64,000 nucleotides of DNA, from assembly GCA_049999805.1 (NCBI GenBank), contig JBNGIO010006148.1, forward strand, positions 105,553 to 169,552, in the 5' to 3' direction. Of this stretch, positions 46,601-57,371 are shown in pieces. Position numbers and translations under genes: made by a program. This stretch comes from Folioceros fuciformis (lineage: Eukaryota). The notes under the pieces were generated by a model that was given only the letters and a program-made list of their open reading frames with translations, was not told where the DNA came from and made no database searches. Each line of letters begins with the position of its first letter. Position 1 is the first letter of the stretch.

Positions 46601-48228
46601 AGATCTCTAATTTGTGCATGAAGCTGCCCCCCCATCTCCAAAGCTGAGGAGCCCACACTTGCACATGACTGCAGGAGGCAGACAAATGTCATTGCATCGG
46701 GTACAGTCATTCCTTCTGCTTGCATAGAGCTGTACAGTCGAAGTGCTTTGTGGCCAACGTCTTCCTGGGCATATCCAGATATCATAGCATTCCACGTCCC
46801 CACATCTTTCTGACCAAGTCCCTCAAACACTCTCTCAGCTTCTTCCACGCTCCCACACTTTGCATACATGTTCACCAGACTGTTGCTTACAGACACATCA
46901 GCTTGGTGTCCTTGCTCTATAATTTGTGCATGAAGCTGCTTTCCCTTCTCCAGCGCTGGCGTACCTACACTTGCACATGCCTGCAGGAGAGACACAAATG
47001 TCCCGCAATTGGGTTCCACTACGCCATCTGCTTGCATATCCCTGTAAAGACGAAGGGCTTCCTGGCCCATTCCCTTTTGAGAATATCCTGCTATCATAGT
47101 ATTCCACACCACAACATCTTTCTTAACAAGTCCATTGAACACTTCCTGGGCGTCTTCCAAGCTGCCACACTTGGCATACATGTTCAACAAACTGCTGGCC
47201 ACAAACACATTGGCCTGATGTCCTCGTTCACAAATTTGTGTATGAAGCTGCATCCCCTTCCCCAACGCTGCGCTGCCCACACTTGCACAAGCCTGCATGA
47301 GAGAAATATATGTCACAGAATTGGGGACGGCCACACCCTCGTCTTGCATAGAGCTGTAAAGATGCAGGGCTTCCTGACCCATGCCCTTCTGAGAATACCC
47401 TCCTATCATCGCATTCCACATCACCACATCTTTCTCACCAAGTCCCTCAAACACTCTTCGGGCGTCCTCCAAGCTGCCACATTTTGCATACATGTCCACC
47501 AAGCAACTACCAACAAATGCATCAGACAAAATGCCACTAACCAGTATATCAGCATGCACCTGCTGCCCAGCTTTTAAGTCCGATCCCCTTGCACACGCCT
47601 GAAGGGCTGTCACAAACACATGACCATCTGGCTTAACACTTGACCTCCGCATCTCCTGATACCAATGAATGGCCTCTGCGTATCGCCCCTGCTTAACATT
47701 TGCGGATATAATGGAAGACCACATAAAGGCATCTGGTTCAACGGCCATGGTGAGCACATCCACCGCCTCCTGCCACATGCCATGAGAAGCATACATTCTC
47801 AGGATGTGGTTGCCCAGGAACGTATCCGACTCATACCCAGTTTTCACAATGAATGCATGGACACGGCGACCCAGAATAAGATCCTTCTTCCCCACACATC
47901 TCTTCAGGACTGTATACAATAGTGACCTGGAAATACACCATTCTGCCTCTACCAAAACTCCCAAAGCCTGGACGGCCTCCGTGACATGGCCCTGCTGGCA
48001 CAACCTGCTCACGGCTCCAGGCACTAATTCCCTTTCGTCCCCGGCACACTTGGTGCAGCGCCTCGCAGCTTCCATGTTTGCCGACAACTGGCTCCCCCAA
48101 GCCATGCGACGGGGAGCTCTTCCAAGAATGCCTTCCACCCCACGGCATTGTTGGGTCCAGGTAATATGCCTCCACAACGGGCCCGGAAGCCACTGGTGTG
48201 ACTCCAATTCAACATTCCAGGCCGCCAT
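43693..48228 (-). CDS. PLS-class pentatricopeptide-repeat protein (~38 motifs + E1/E2 + WW-type PG box, no DYW deaminase); single exon
   Basis: L-S, then 11 P-L-S triplets (mostly 104 aa), P2-L2-S2, E1, E2, then KQPGQSWWTD…HSFLVGD and a stop. First ATG at 48228. Confidence 0.95.
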   Translation of the reverse strand: MAAWNVELESHQWLPGPLWRHITWTQQCRGVEGILGRAPRRMAWGSQLSANMEAARRCTKCAGDERELVPGAVSRLCQQGHVTEAVQALGVLVEAEWCISRSLLYTVLKRCVGKKDLILGRRVHAFIVKTGYESDTFLGNHILRMYASHGMWQEAVDVLTMAVEPDAFMWSSIISANVKQGRYAEAIHWYQEMRRSSVKPDGHVFVTALQACARGSDLKAGQQVHADILVSGILSDAFVGSCLVDMYAKCGSLEDARRVFEGLGEKDVVMWNAMIGGYSQKGMGQEALHLYSSMQDEGVAVPNSVTYISLMQACASVGSAALGKGMQLHTQICERGHQANVFVASSLLNMYAKCGSLEDAQEVFNGLVKKDVVVWNTMIAGYSQKGMGQEALRLYRDMQADGVVEPNCGTFVSLLQACASVGTPALEKGKQLHAQIIEQGHQADVSVSNSLVNMYAKCGSVEEAERVFEGLGQKDVGTWNAMISGYAQEDVGHKALRLYSSMQAEGMTVPDAMTFVCLLQSCASVGSSALEMGGQLHAQIRDLGHDADVFVASSLVNMYAKCGGLEDARRVFEGLDEKNVVTWNAMISGYAQLGLGQEALCLYSVMQEEGIAVPDPVTFVCLLQACASLGKEGLEKGKQLHAEIRDVGHESDAFLVSSLVNMYAKLGSLEEAHRLWEGLELKDVVTWNAMISGYVKQGQGQEALSLYCDMEEGMPVPDSVTFVCLLQACANVGTLALNTGKQLHTQMKDGGHLADAFVASSLVNMYAKCGSLQDAQRVFDGLGEKDVVTWNSLIGGYSQQGMGQEALRLYQSMQEEGIAEPDPITFVCLLQACASVGNPALEKGKQLHALIREGGHESDVNVANSLVNMYGKCGSYEDARSVFEGLDQKDVVTWNAIISGCSQQGMGKEALRLYSAMQEEGLTAPDSVTFVCLLQGCANLGYPGLEKGKQLHTAIAEQGLQADVFVASSLINMYARCGSLEDAERVFEGCYRTSVVIWNSMIAGYSREGMGQEALRLFSAMEEEGIATPNEVTFVCLLKACARVGTPALEKGKQIHAQIIERGCQGDVFLANSVVNMYVKCGSLEDAHCVFEGQRRKDVVTWNALISGCVLQGMGQEALDLYSAMQEEGTSVPNSVTFVSLLQACASVGTPALEKGKQLHAEIRERGYHTDAFVGNTLVDMYSKCGSLEDAQTVFEGLSDKGVVAWNALIAGYSQQGMGQEGLYLYSAMQADAMAVPDSTTFVHLLKACAAMAALHPGRYLHAQIEEQGLQADFVVANSLINMYGKSGSMADARQVFGALPERSVVAWNALILGYSQQGDSDEVFDLVIRMGEDGIQPDAITLLGVLVTCSHTGLLHKGQECLESMSTRYGITPSLEHYSCVVDLLGRAGRLDEALALVKTMPVAPDTVVWHALLGACRKWSNLEVGCCVFYQALSLERKDPAAYALMSNIYNGMQMWEQALKMQERRVRVGAWKQPGQSWWTDMDGVVHSFLVGDNKSQARLQDQHAFSE

Positions 48229-48394
48229 GGCCACCGGGAGCTGGATTGATGCAAGAGAAGCAAGCTGACCATAGTGAGCCAAACCACAGTGAGTTAACTA
48301 ACCACAGTGATATATGTTGCAAGTCTATATATCTGGGAGGGAAGAACTTAATTTCACGTTCTGTATGTAGTGGGACTTGTTGCGGGGGACGATC

Positions 48395-49539
48395 ATGGCG
48401 GAAGTCTCTAAGGCGCAAACCGAGAACGTAGCCGTAGGCAAGCCGGAAACCGAGGTGGAAGATGGTGAGGTCGTCAGTGCTACTGCACAGCTATCTACCG
48501 TGCCGGATGCTCCCAAGAAGCATCCTCTCGACTCACCGTGGACCTTCTGGTTCGACAACCCGAACGGCAAGCAGAAACAGAGCACATGGGGAACGTCTCT
48601 GCGACCCGTATACACTTTCGGCACGGTAGAAGACTTCTGGTGGTAAGGCTGCCGAATACCGTGCTCTGGGATGGTGGCTGTAGCTGGAACTGTGTGTAGA
48701 CAGCAGTTCTGACGCTTGTTGTATCCGCCTTGAAGCCTGTACAATAATATGTTGCAACCGAGCCGGCTTGTCGCGGGCGCTGATTTCCACTGTTTCAAGT
48801 ATGGCATTGAGCCGAAATGGGAGGACCCTAAATGTGCTAGCGGAGGCAAGTGGACTGCAAGTGCTCCTCGGAGCAGTAAGACAAACCTTGACACCTTCTG
48901 GCTCCACACGGTACGTTGTTGTGGATTTAGGGTTTGATGACAGTCGAGTGACACCGGCTGGGCTTCTTCTGTGCGTGCACCTTGTGGCCGGACATTGTGA
49001 GCCATGCTTTAGGGTTGGGGTTGGCTACAGAGGAAGATGCCTCTCCCGACTAGCAGGTTATGGATGATGCTTCTTGTGCTTGATCGGACAGCTGTTGGCT
49101 ATGATCGGGGAGCAATTTGACGAGGGTGAAGAGATCTGCGGGTGTGTTGTGAGTGTGAGGGCGAAGCAAGATAAAATTGCTCTGTGGACGAAGAATGCTC
49201 AGAACGAAACAGCACAGGTGCGTGAAGCTCTGTTCTTTGTTTTTCCCGAAATCTAATCTTGCCTCGTGGGGAGCGATGAGTCAGGTCTGGTGTCATGACC
49301 TGACTGTCTATTGTTCTCCAGGTGAGTATCGCGAAACAATGGAAGGATCTTCTGGATTTCAGTGAGAAGATTGGGTTCATTTTCCATGTACGTGACAAGC
49401 CGATTCCGAAAAGCTAATGCTGCATTGCCAAGTTGAGATGGCTTGGGGAAGTTTCTGCGGCTGTTCTCATTAGGTGTGTATGTGCCAGGATGACGCCAGG
49501 AGACAGGACAGACAAGCGAAGAACCGATACACAGTTTAG
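48395..49539 (+). CDS. eIF4E: Eukaryotic translation initiation factor 4E, 5 exons
   Basis: [46 protein letters not shown]-terminal KNRYTV*. Confidence 0.95.
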
Positions 49540-50379
49540 ATCGGCAGTTCACATGTCCCGGCAGAATTGTAGCGCGAGGGTTGGAGACTTTGTGAATGTC
49601 TTTCTCCCTTTTCGTCTGTTTGGAGGCGATGCGTTCTGGATTTGCTTTTTGGGGGCCATTATGACCTAATGCACATAAAGCTTGATCTTCCCGAAAGTGG
49701 TACACTTACTTCCAATTGGCTGCAGAGTCCAGTGGCTACCGCAAACCAACCGAGCCAGACGTGCATCGGTTGATACCACCATTGTTACAGTGCGAGGTTT
49801 CATCTGTTATTGTCAGCTTCTCTGGTAGGGTATAGGCTGGAGAATTTTGTTACGTGTTACTTCTCTTACTTTGTTGTATGAAGCTTTTCTCGTATACGAA
49901 AGCAATGCTTGTCTTATGTAAGAAAACAGTACTCGGTGAAAATTTTATCACGAATAAGAGATGGAAACCCAGCTAACCCTGCACAGTAAAACGTGGGTCA
50001 AGTAAAGGATACTTTGAAAACTAGGAAACTGGCTTCCGGGATCTAGAAGACCTTCCGAAGCCGAAAACGCTTTGGGAACGAAGAAACTGAGTTACCCTAG
50101 CCGAAGAAGTTAGCTGTTTCCGACGTCGTGAAAGACACGAAGATACTCAAGACGCCGTATGTAAGTAAGGCACGAAGTTGCTCAAGATATCCATCGATTC
50201 GACGCCGCCGTCCACCGGGGTTACTTACACTGAAGTAAAGACAGCCGATCGAACGCGACATCGGACCGAGACCACCCCATGGTAGTGAAATGCTTAAGGA
50301 AGAGTAGGAACGTGGTGAACACTTTGTGGTGGTGAAGTGCTTGAGGAACAACAGGAAAGTGGTGAGCGATTTGGACGAG

Positions 50380-51706
50380 ATGAGCGCCATGGACAATTCC
50401 TTTAGAAGCAGAGTGCGGGAGGTGTTCGGGGCACTGGACGCTGGCCTTGCGCCCGCTTGGAGCGTCAGTGGCCTGGCACAGGCTCGCAGCAGCAGTGAAG
50501 GTGTAGTCGTTAAGCGTCTGAATGATTTGGACTCAGACGATGAAGAGGAGGAGGAAGAAGAAGAAGAGGGGGAAGAAGAAGAGAAGGATGGCAGGTCCAG
50601 AAAACGGAAACGGCCCGTATCTTTCGACCAGTTGAAGGTCGGGGTTGGGCGCGAAGAGGATCCGGAGCAGGAATTTGAGTATGGCAAGAAGATGATCGGC
50701 ATGGACGACACACTTGACTTCGAGGTTGGTGAAGTTGCTCTGATTCTTCGTCCTTGTTTGCCGTTGATTGCTCGTAGCCCTAATTGTAGCTGAATGTGGC
50801 CTTTTGTCTTGGCTTGGTGACGGTGGTTCGCAGGAAGAAGAGGATGAATTTGACAGAGTTGCCGAGGGTTTGGATCGATCCATTCGCTGGTCGAACGAGG
50901 ATAACCTCAGTCTCTTCGATGAAGGGACGGGTTTGCGTGATGGCCTCGGAATCAGTAATGCAGGAGGGAAACGTTCTTTCTCCGCCATGGCAGAGGATGG
51001 TGTATCTGGTGCACGTGAGTTGGATGGGGTTGCAGGACAAGAGGAGCCCCTGGCTACGAGGGCCTCCAAGGTCCCCCGCCTCAGCAGCAGGAGCTCCTCG
51101 GACTCCGCTATGCGTAACGCGGCTGGTAAGCCCCAGGCGGGGAAGAACGTCAGATTCGCTGTGGATGAGGAGAAGGCCAGTTCCCGTGGGCTAGGGTTAC
51201 TGAGGTTGAAGGACAGCCTGCCCCCCAGAGACAGGTACAGCAAGGTTCCTGACCATGTGAGGAACCCCTCAAAGTACACGTGCTACAGCCTAGACTGGAG
51301 TGATGAGGACGAGGAGAGCACCAACAGAGCAGCCCTTCGAGATGTCCAGCTTACCAGAGCCCCCCAACAGCAGGGCGAGCCCGAGCCTGCTGCAGAGCGT
51401 CCCAGGTCCCTAATGTTCATCGCGAGGGCAAAGGCCACGGCTCCCAGGCCCACCATTTCCTCGTCACACACTCTGGATGACAGGAAGCGGGAGGGAATGG
51501 ACGGTGGCAAGCCCTCCGTCGTCCTGGTTGCATCTCACCTTTCTGAGGAGCCAGGGCAGGAGCAGCCCCGGTTGCAAGGAGATGTGGAGGAGTCTGGCAC
51601 GATGGAGGGCCTGGACAAGGGTGCAGATAGGGATAGAGCAGCTCGCAGATATCGGAATAGGATTGCTAGCGTAGCCACCGACAGTAGCGCCATGGACATC
51701 TGTTGA
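50380..51706 (+). CDS. TSSC4: TSSC4-like U5 snRNP chaperone; exons 50380-50724, 50834-51706
   Basis: SFRSRVREVFGAL, IGMDDTLDFE|EEEDEFDRVA and VPDHVRNPSKYTCYSLDW…NRAA. Confidence 0.8.
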
Positions 51707-52344
51707 GTCTCTTGATCAGTCTCATCCCTCCTTTTCCTTCTTCCCTTGTGTGCAGATGCTTCCTGTAGAAACAGGAGCTGCAGCTTACTTTTGCCGGTGG
51801 CCGACTGTGTTGACCGCTGGGGGCATGCGTTTCTAAGTCTTGTGCCGAGTACAGTATGTGGCTTCGTTGCCGACTTCTTGGTATTCACGGCTGTTGATTG
51901 CTGTCGCTGTGGCGTGCCGGTGAACTGGTGGAATGTGCCGGTTGACGACGCTTCAGGTATGTGCTTGTCCATTTGATGGTATCTCCATCTACGAAGATGC
52001 GGGGTGCGCCGCAGGCAGCATCCTTGAAACTACCGTTTGGGCTGGTTATGTTATTCATGAGAACTTGGTCCCAGTGTCGCGGTCGTCTCAAGCGATGCTC
52101 TCTCTTTCTACCTGGAATCTACGTGCAGACCTGTCTTGAGAGGCCGTTCGTCAGGTTCACTCGCCCGCTTTTGCCTATTTGCGTTTGCTCCCGAGCGCTC
52201 TCGGACCCGACGAGCGTAGATCTTGAGTTGTGAGCCTTGGAATGCGCCATACCAAGCCTGGTGCGTTGTAGAGGGTCTGCCTCCCGGGTAGTCGTCAATT
52301 TTGGCTTTTCTCTTGTGTACAGTCTCCCTCTGTTGGGGACAGGG

Positions 52345-52957
52345 ATGGCGTCTAGGATCTCGTTGGCTGAGGTTGCCCGCCATACCACCAGGGAGGACTG
52401 TTGGTTCATCATCCATGGCAAGGTACTTCGCTAACGTGACATCGGCTGTGGAGGGGAGATCTGGACGAGATGGGGGTGCTCATCGATTGCTGCTTCATCT
52501 GTGTTCCCAGGTTTATAACGTGACCAAGTTTTTGGAGGAGCATCCGGGAGGAGAAGAGGTCCTGGTGGACAACGCCGGTGAGATTCTGACCAGTGAAAAG
52601 GGTTGCTTGCTCTGCTCCCCTGCTCCGCAATTCCGTCGGAGCGGTTGCCGATGGAGTCGAGTTCATAACATAGCTCGACACTTGTACTTGGTTTCAGGGA
52701 AAGATGCGACCGATGAGTTTGAAGACATCGGCCACAGCGTGGCAGCAAGGGAGCAACTGGTTGAATATTTGGTTGGCGAGGCAGAGGAGGCTGTTGCTCC
52801 AGTGGCACCCAAACCCAAAGCTCCTGAGCTAAGCAAAGCGTCGGATTCTGCCTGGGTCTGGAAGGTGTTTCAAATTGCGCTGCCCCTGGCTTTGCTGGCA
52901 GCGGCCTACTACATCAAGCTCCACTCCGAGAAGCAAGATAAGGCGCAGGAGCTGTAG
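52345..52957 (+). CDS. CYB5: Cytochrome b5 (tail-anchored), 3 exons
   Basis: DCWFIIHGK|VYNVTKFLEEHPGGEEVL, GKDATDEFEDIGHS and a C-terminal TM anchor. Confidence 0.95.
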
Positions 52958-53902
52958 GGTGTTAGAGAGCCCTCAGTCCGTCGTCTAGTGAGCAGAATCT
53001 GTCTCCATGCTTACCTCTGTCTACTCAAAATGATTTGGCTTCCCACCGGGTTTCTTCGTCAATTTCGGGGGCTGTACTCTGTTCTTCTCAGTCAGTACAA
53101 AGTAACTGGAGGTCTGTGAGCCACTCAACCCAGGGGGATTTTTTTTCTGTTACCTGCGACCCGGAGGAAAGATGCACGCGCTAACTGCTTCCTTCTGTAA
53201 CACAGCTTCTACACACCCTTTTTCTCGACAGATGGAAAGCCCGGAGTGACAGTGCCTGGTGGACAGGAAACCCTAAAGCTACCTCCGTATGTGTACAACC
53301 AGAGTAGTTGAAAGACGCCAAACCGCGACCAAGCCAATCCCCAGACCAGGATCGACAATGTGAAACCCCGAAAGGAGGAAGGGGGTGATCTCACATGGCA
53401 TCTCCTCCGTCCTGCGGCGATTCGAGCCACCAACCTGCCCTTCAGTCCACAAGTCGGTTGCAACTGATTCAACTGAATCATCAGCAGCATGTTCCATCCA
53501 GGCCCTTTCATCCACCGCCAGCAGCAACAAAACCACCCTGCCTGCGTGCGAGGAATGCAAGCAGCCATCCACGCAGCAGTGCACATGAATGCGCATCAAC
53601 CCGACAGCTCCATGTCGGGTTTTCCAATCCCATTCCCCGGTGCGCGTCCCCCTGGAGATGGGAGACATGACATCACGTCCTCCCTCAGCCCCACAACCAG
53701 GGCAGCGATACACCACACCCCATGAACAGGCAGATGCATCCTTCCCTCCCCCGCCCCCCTCCCATGACACGCTCCTCCTGCTCCTGACATCTGCACACTT
53801 CTCACAACAAACAACAGCGAGGTCAGAGGTAGAGGCTGCGATCTAGAGGCAAACCAAAGACGGGAGAGAACCACCAGGCAGAAGCAAGAGAAATCAATAA
53901 AA

Positions 53903-55051
53903 ATGCCTCGCCGAGAGAGAACCCCCGGCCCCGGGGCCTACCACGCCAACATCATGGCGGTGCGCACCTCCCCCCCGGCATACAGCATGGCGGGCAAGAT
54001 CGGGTCGCGCAACGACATCTCGCAGCCGGGACCGGGGACGTACTCCCCCACGCGGTCCGGGAGGGGCCCGGCCTACACCATGTCCGGGCGGACGGTGGTG
54101 AATCTCTCAGAGCGGGCACCGGGCCCGGGAGCCTACTCCGCCAACGACCAATGCACGAAAGACGCACCCCCAGCCTTCTCCATGGGCACCAGCAGCAGGA
54201 GCCAGGGATACAGGAGCGGAGTGCCGGGCCCGGGGGCTTACACTCTCAAGGGCTGCCGTGACGGCCCGGCCTACTCCATGCGCACCCGCCCTCGAGCCAT
54301 CAACACCTCCATCACGCCGGGCCCGGGGGCGTACGAGGCGGCCCCCGGGAGCGCGCCCGCCTTCTCCCTGGCGGGCCGCGTCGGGGACCATGTCGGTGAC
54401 GACATGCCCGGCCCGGGCGCCTACAACCCTGACAAGAAGTCCTCAGCTCCCGCATACAGCCTGCGCATCCGCACCAAGCTCAAGGCTGACAGCGACGTGC
54501 CCGGGCCCGGCGCCTACTCCCCTCGCCACAGCAAGGGCATCGCCTTCTCAATGGCCGGCCGTGGGAAGACCCACCGCGACGACTGCTCACCAGGGCCGGG
54601 CACGTACGACACTCGCTCCAAGCGAGGAGGCCCTGCTTACTCCATGGCCGGGAGGCCCACTGGCCACATGGGGAGCGACACCCCTGGTCCCGGCGCCTAC
54701 ACCGTCCAAGACGACTCCGACATGCCAGCCTACTCTATGGCCGGCCGCAACGACCACTACCACGCCTCCAAGACCCCTGGCCCGAGCGAGTACAACCCCA
54801 GGACGGGGCTCACCAAGCCCTCCCCCGGCGCCTTCTCCATGGGCCGGAGGTATAATCCCTGGCGCGGCGAGAAGACCCCCGGCCCCGGCGCCTACGAGGC
54901 TCCTCCCGGCTCCGCCCCCGCCTTCAGCCTCGGCGCCAGGAATCCCGACCACAACAAGGAGGACACTCCCGGGCCAGGCGCCTACTCTCCCTTCAGAGGC
55001 CCCCACGGCCCCGCGTACACCATGGCTGGCAGGCCCGTCGATGACTACTAG
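53903..55051 (+). CDS. ODF3/SHIPPO-repeat (sperm-tail PG-rich repeat) axonemal protein, intronless
   Basis: Twelve PGPGxY-type repeats, most followed by a PAYSM/PAFSL motif. Confidence 0.88.
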   Translation: MPRRERTPGPGAYHANIMAVRTSPPAYSMAGKIGSRNDISQPGPGTYSPTRSGRGPAYTMSGRTVVNLSERAPGPGAYSANDQCTKDAPPAFSMGTSSRSQGYRSGVPGPGAYTLKGCRDGPAYSMRTRPRAINTSITPGPGAYEAAPGSAPAFSLAGRVGDHVGDDMPGPGAYNPDKKSSAPAYSLRIRTKLKADSDVPGPGAYSPRHSKGIAFSMAGRGKTHRDDCSPGPGTYDTRSKRGGPAYSMAGRPTGHMGSDTPGPGAYTVQDDSDMPAYSMAGRNDHYHASKTPGPSEYNPRTGLTKPSPGAFSMGRRYNPWRGEKTPGPGAYEAPPGSAPAFSLGARNPDHNKEDTPGPGAYSPFRGPHGPAYTMAGRPVDDY

Positions 55052-55906
55052 CCATAGCTACTCCAGACAGCCAGCCAGCGTTCTGCTTCCGAGCCATCTT
55101 CTTGAGCAGTTCTTCTTGCAGCAGCAGCAAACGTTCCTTCGGCAGCAGCAAAATTCTTTCACATCTCTTCTTCCTGCACTCAATGAACAGGTCGGTAGGC
55201 ACTGCAGACACACATTCCTCCTCATCAAGACCGTCAAGAGACGCTCACCCGTACATACAACACACAACACTTTCTTGAAGCAAAGTGGAGAGGCTCCAGC
55301 TGTGGTTTCTGCTTTCCAAAGTCAGCTAGCCCCTAGCCTGGGGTTTGAAGTCATGAATGCACCAACTGCTGGCACCGCTCAGCGAGCTTCAATTTTGGAC
55401 AACTTCTGTATCTTGGATTTCAAGAACCATCGCCTGAGCTGCACGTGCTTGTACGTATGTTTCAAGAAAGGGAGGATCATCGTATACCTACTGCAGGTGT
55501 GAGCACAGATGTGCAAGCTTCGATTCATCGACATGGCGTTGCTGTTGTAACTCGTGGCCCTCAACATCTCTTGTTGAGATGAATCCTTGGTTCCTATACT
55601 CTTCTCAAGTGATGAGCTGGTGAGTCGGATACCTGAGCCATCCGCTCTCAAAATGATTCTTGCTGTCTGGCTTCTTGATCATGGGAAGTCGAGAATGGAA
55701 GTTCACACAGGCCTCTATCTGAAACCAGCAGCGTACATGGGTTGGAAATATGTCAGAACAACTGAGGGCGTGAGACAAAAAGAAAATCCTAAGCTCGTCC
55801 GTCAACTGCTCACTCTTTATACTGTTGCTTGTTGCCTTTTTGAAATCGATATTCAGAATCTCGCTGATGAGCTTGCGGTTTGTATGGAACGCGAACCTTG
55901 AAACGG

Positions 55907-56190
55907 ATCCTGAGCTCACCGTATGAATGCAGAGCTTTCCATTCCTCTTACTCCATTTCGCATCCGTCTTCCACACAAAGTCGATATTGACATCTCACAC
56001 CTACAGCCAGGCCTTCAAACGGATGATCTGATTCGTAAGACGATCCTGAGCTCACCCCATGAATTCAGAGCTTTGCACTCCTCCTCCTGCTCCATTTTGA
56101 CTTTCCTTCGAATTCGTCTTCCACACCAAGTCGACATTGAAAGCTCACACCTGTAGCCATGCCTTCAAACGGATGACCTGGTTCGTTAGA
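55907..56190. repeat. Diverged ~136-bp tandem duplication
   Basis: gatcctgagctcacc…gtcttccacac…gccttcaaacggatga…ttcgt at 55907 and 56043. Confidence 0.8.
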
Positions 56191-57314
56191 TTGAACAGTC
56201 TTTTAACGTTTCTGCTGCCATTGCCGTTCATCTATGACGTTCTCTTGCACCTGTTTCGCTCGTGTGACATTCCTCATCCTATTGTTGCTGTTGCCAATCA
56301 GTGTCTTACGAGACCTATGACCACAAACCTAATCTCCCTAGTAGACGAGCAGGTAAACAGAGCCTTGAAACTGCAGCTTGAGCATCAATTAGGGCTTTAC
56401 CCGCTTTACTCAGCAAAATCAAGTAGTCATCCTTTCATCTCCTCACAGCAAGTCGAGAGTCTAAGCGCACGTCTGGCACATTCTTCCTGAGAAGGGATGA
56501 GCTGCTTCGTCAGTTCGGCCTTTTCTTTTCCCAGTTTCGAGTTGTTCAACCGAATCAGCAGCCCGAGCCCACACAGTAAGCAACCCTTCAAACAGACCTC
56601 CTGCTTCGTCAGTCACGTCCTCAAGCCCAAGCCTGCAGAGATTCGAGGATCACACAACCACGCTTCGAACGGAATTACCTGCCTTCCCTGTTCGTCCATT
56701 TCTACATCACAGGAAGTCGAAGGCTCAACAACCTGCACCTCGTCCGATCCTTGCAAATCAAACCTTCTCCCTCCTTCCAACGAGTTTGCTGGACCCCAGC
56801 CTCAGCAACCCAGGGGTTCTCCTACTGGTTCCACCTTCGCAACCAGCTCACCTTCCCAATCCATTTTCCTCGTTGGAAGAGGAAAAGGCCTGAAACTGAC
56901 AACGTGGGCCGTGTGGCGGACGAATTCTTCCAAATACAGATGTGCATACATACTAACGTCTCGAACGCCTTTCACAAGGCAGAGACCACGCGATCAGAGT
57001 GACCACCATTATGGTGCTTAAGGAAAGAAAAACTGTGATAACCCAGTGATAATCGCCGTTAACCCCATAAGTACTAAGCGGAATTCCGAGCATATTGGGC
57101 ATTGAGCCATTCTTTATTTAATTTAATAAATATATATATTATTTTTTTCTTCACTATTTAGTAATGGCATTGATAGAATTAAGTTAAATCTTAAAAGAAA
57201 GTGAAAGCCAATATGGTAGCTGCTAGTGTTTGCATATCTTATGTTGCCCTTTGAAAGTGTGGCTTCATATGTTGCATGCCTTATGCATAACTCTTAAAAA
57301 AGGCAACCTAAAAG

Positions 57315-57339
57315 GGGTTTAGGTTTTAGGGTTTAGGGG
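57315..57339 (+). repeat. Short interstitial plant-telomere-like tract
   Basis: gggtttaggttttagggtttagggg, about three TTTAGGG-like units. Confidence 0.5.
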
Positions 57340-57371
57340 TGTCGATATGGAAGAGTGCTTGCCTATAGAAT

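Noticed and set aside
46720..47577. 285-aa antisense ORF inside the PPR gene
   Set aside because: Shadow of the repetitive sense coding frame.
8673..52957. Sphingolipid-themed cluster (TLC protein, ACD11, cytochrome b5)
   Set aside because: The genes are 14-29 kb apart, interleaved with unrelated housekeeping genes and a TE block, and no core biosynthetic enzyme is present; likely coincidence.
54258..55502. 414-aa alternative-frame ORF overlapping the SHIPPO gene
   Set aside because: Non-ATG start and P/T/R-rich; explained by high GC3 suppressing stops.
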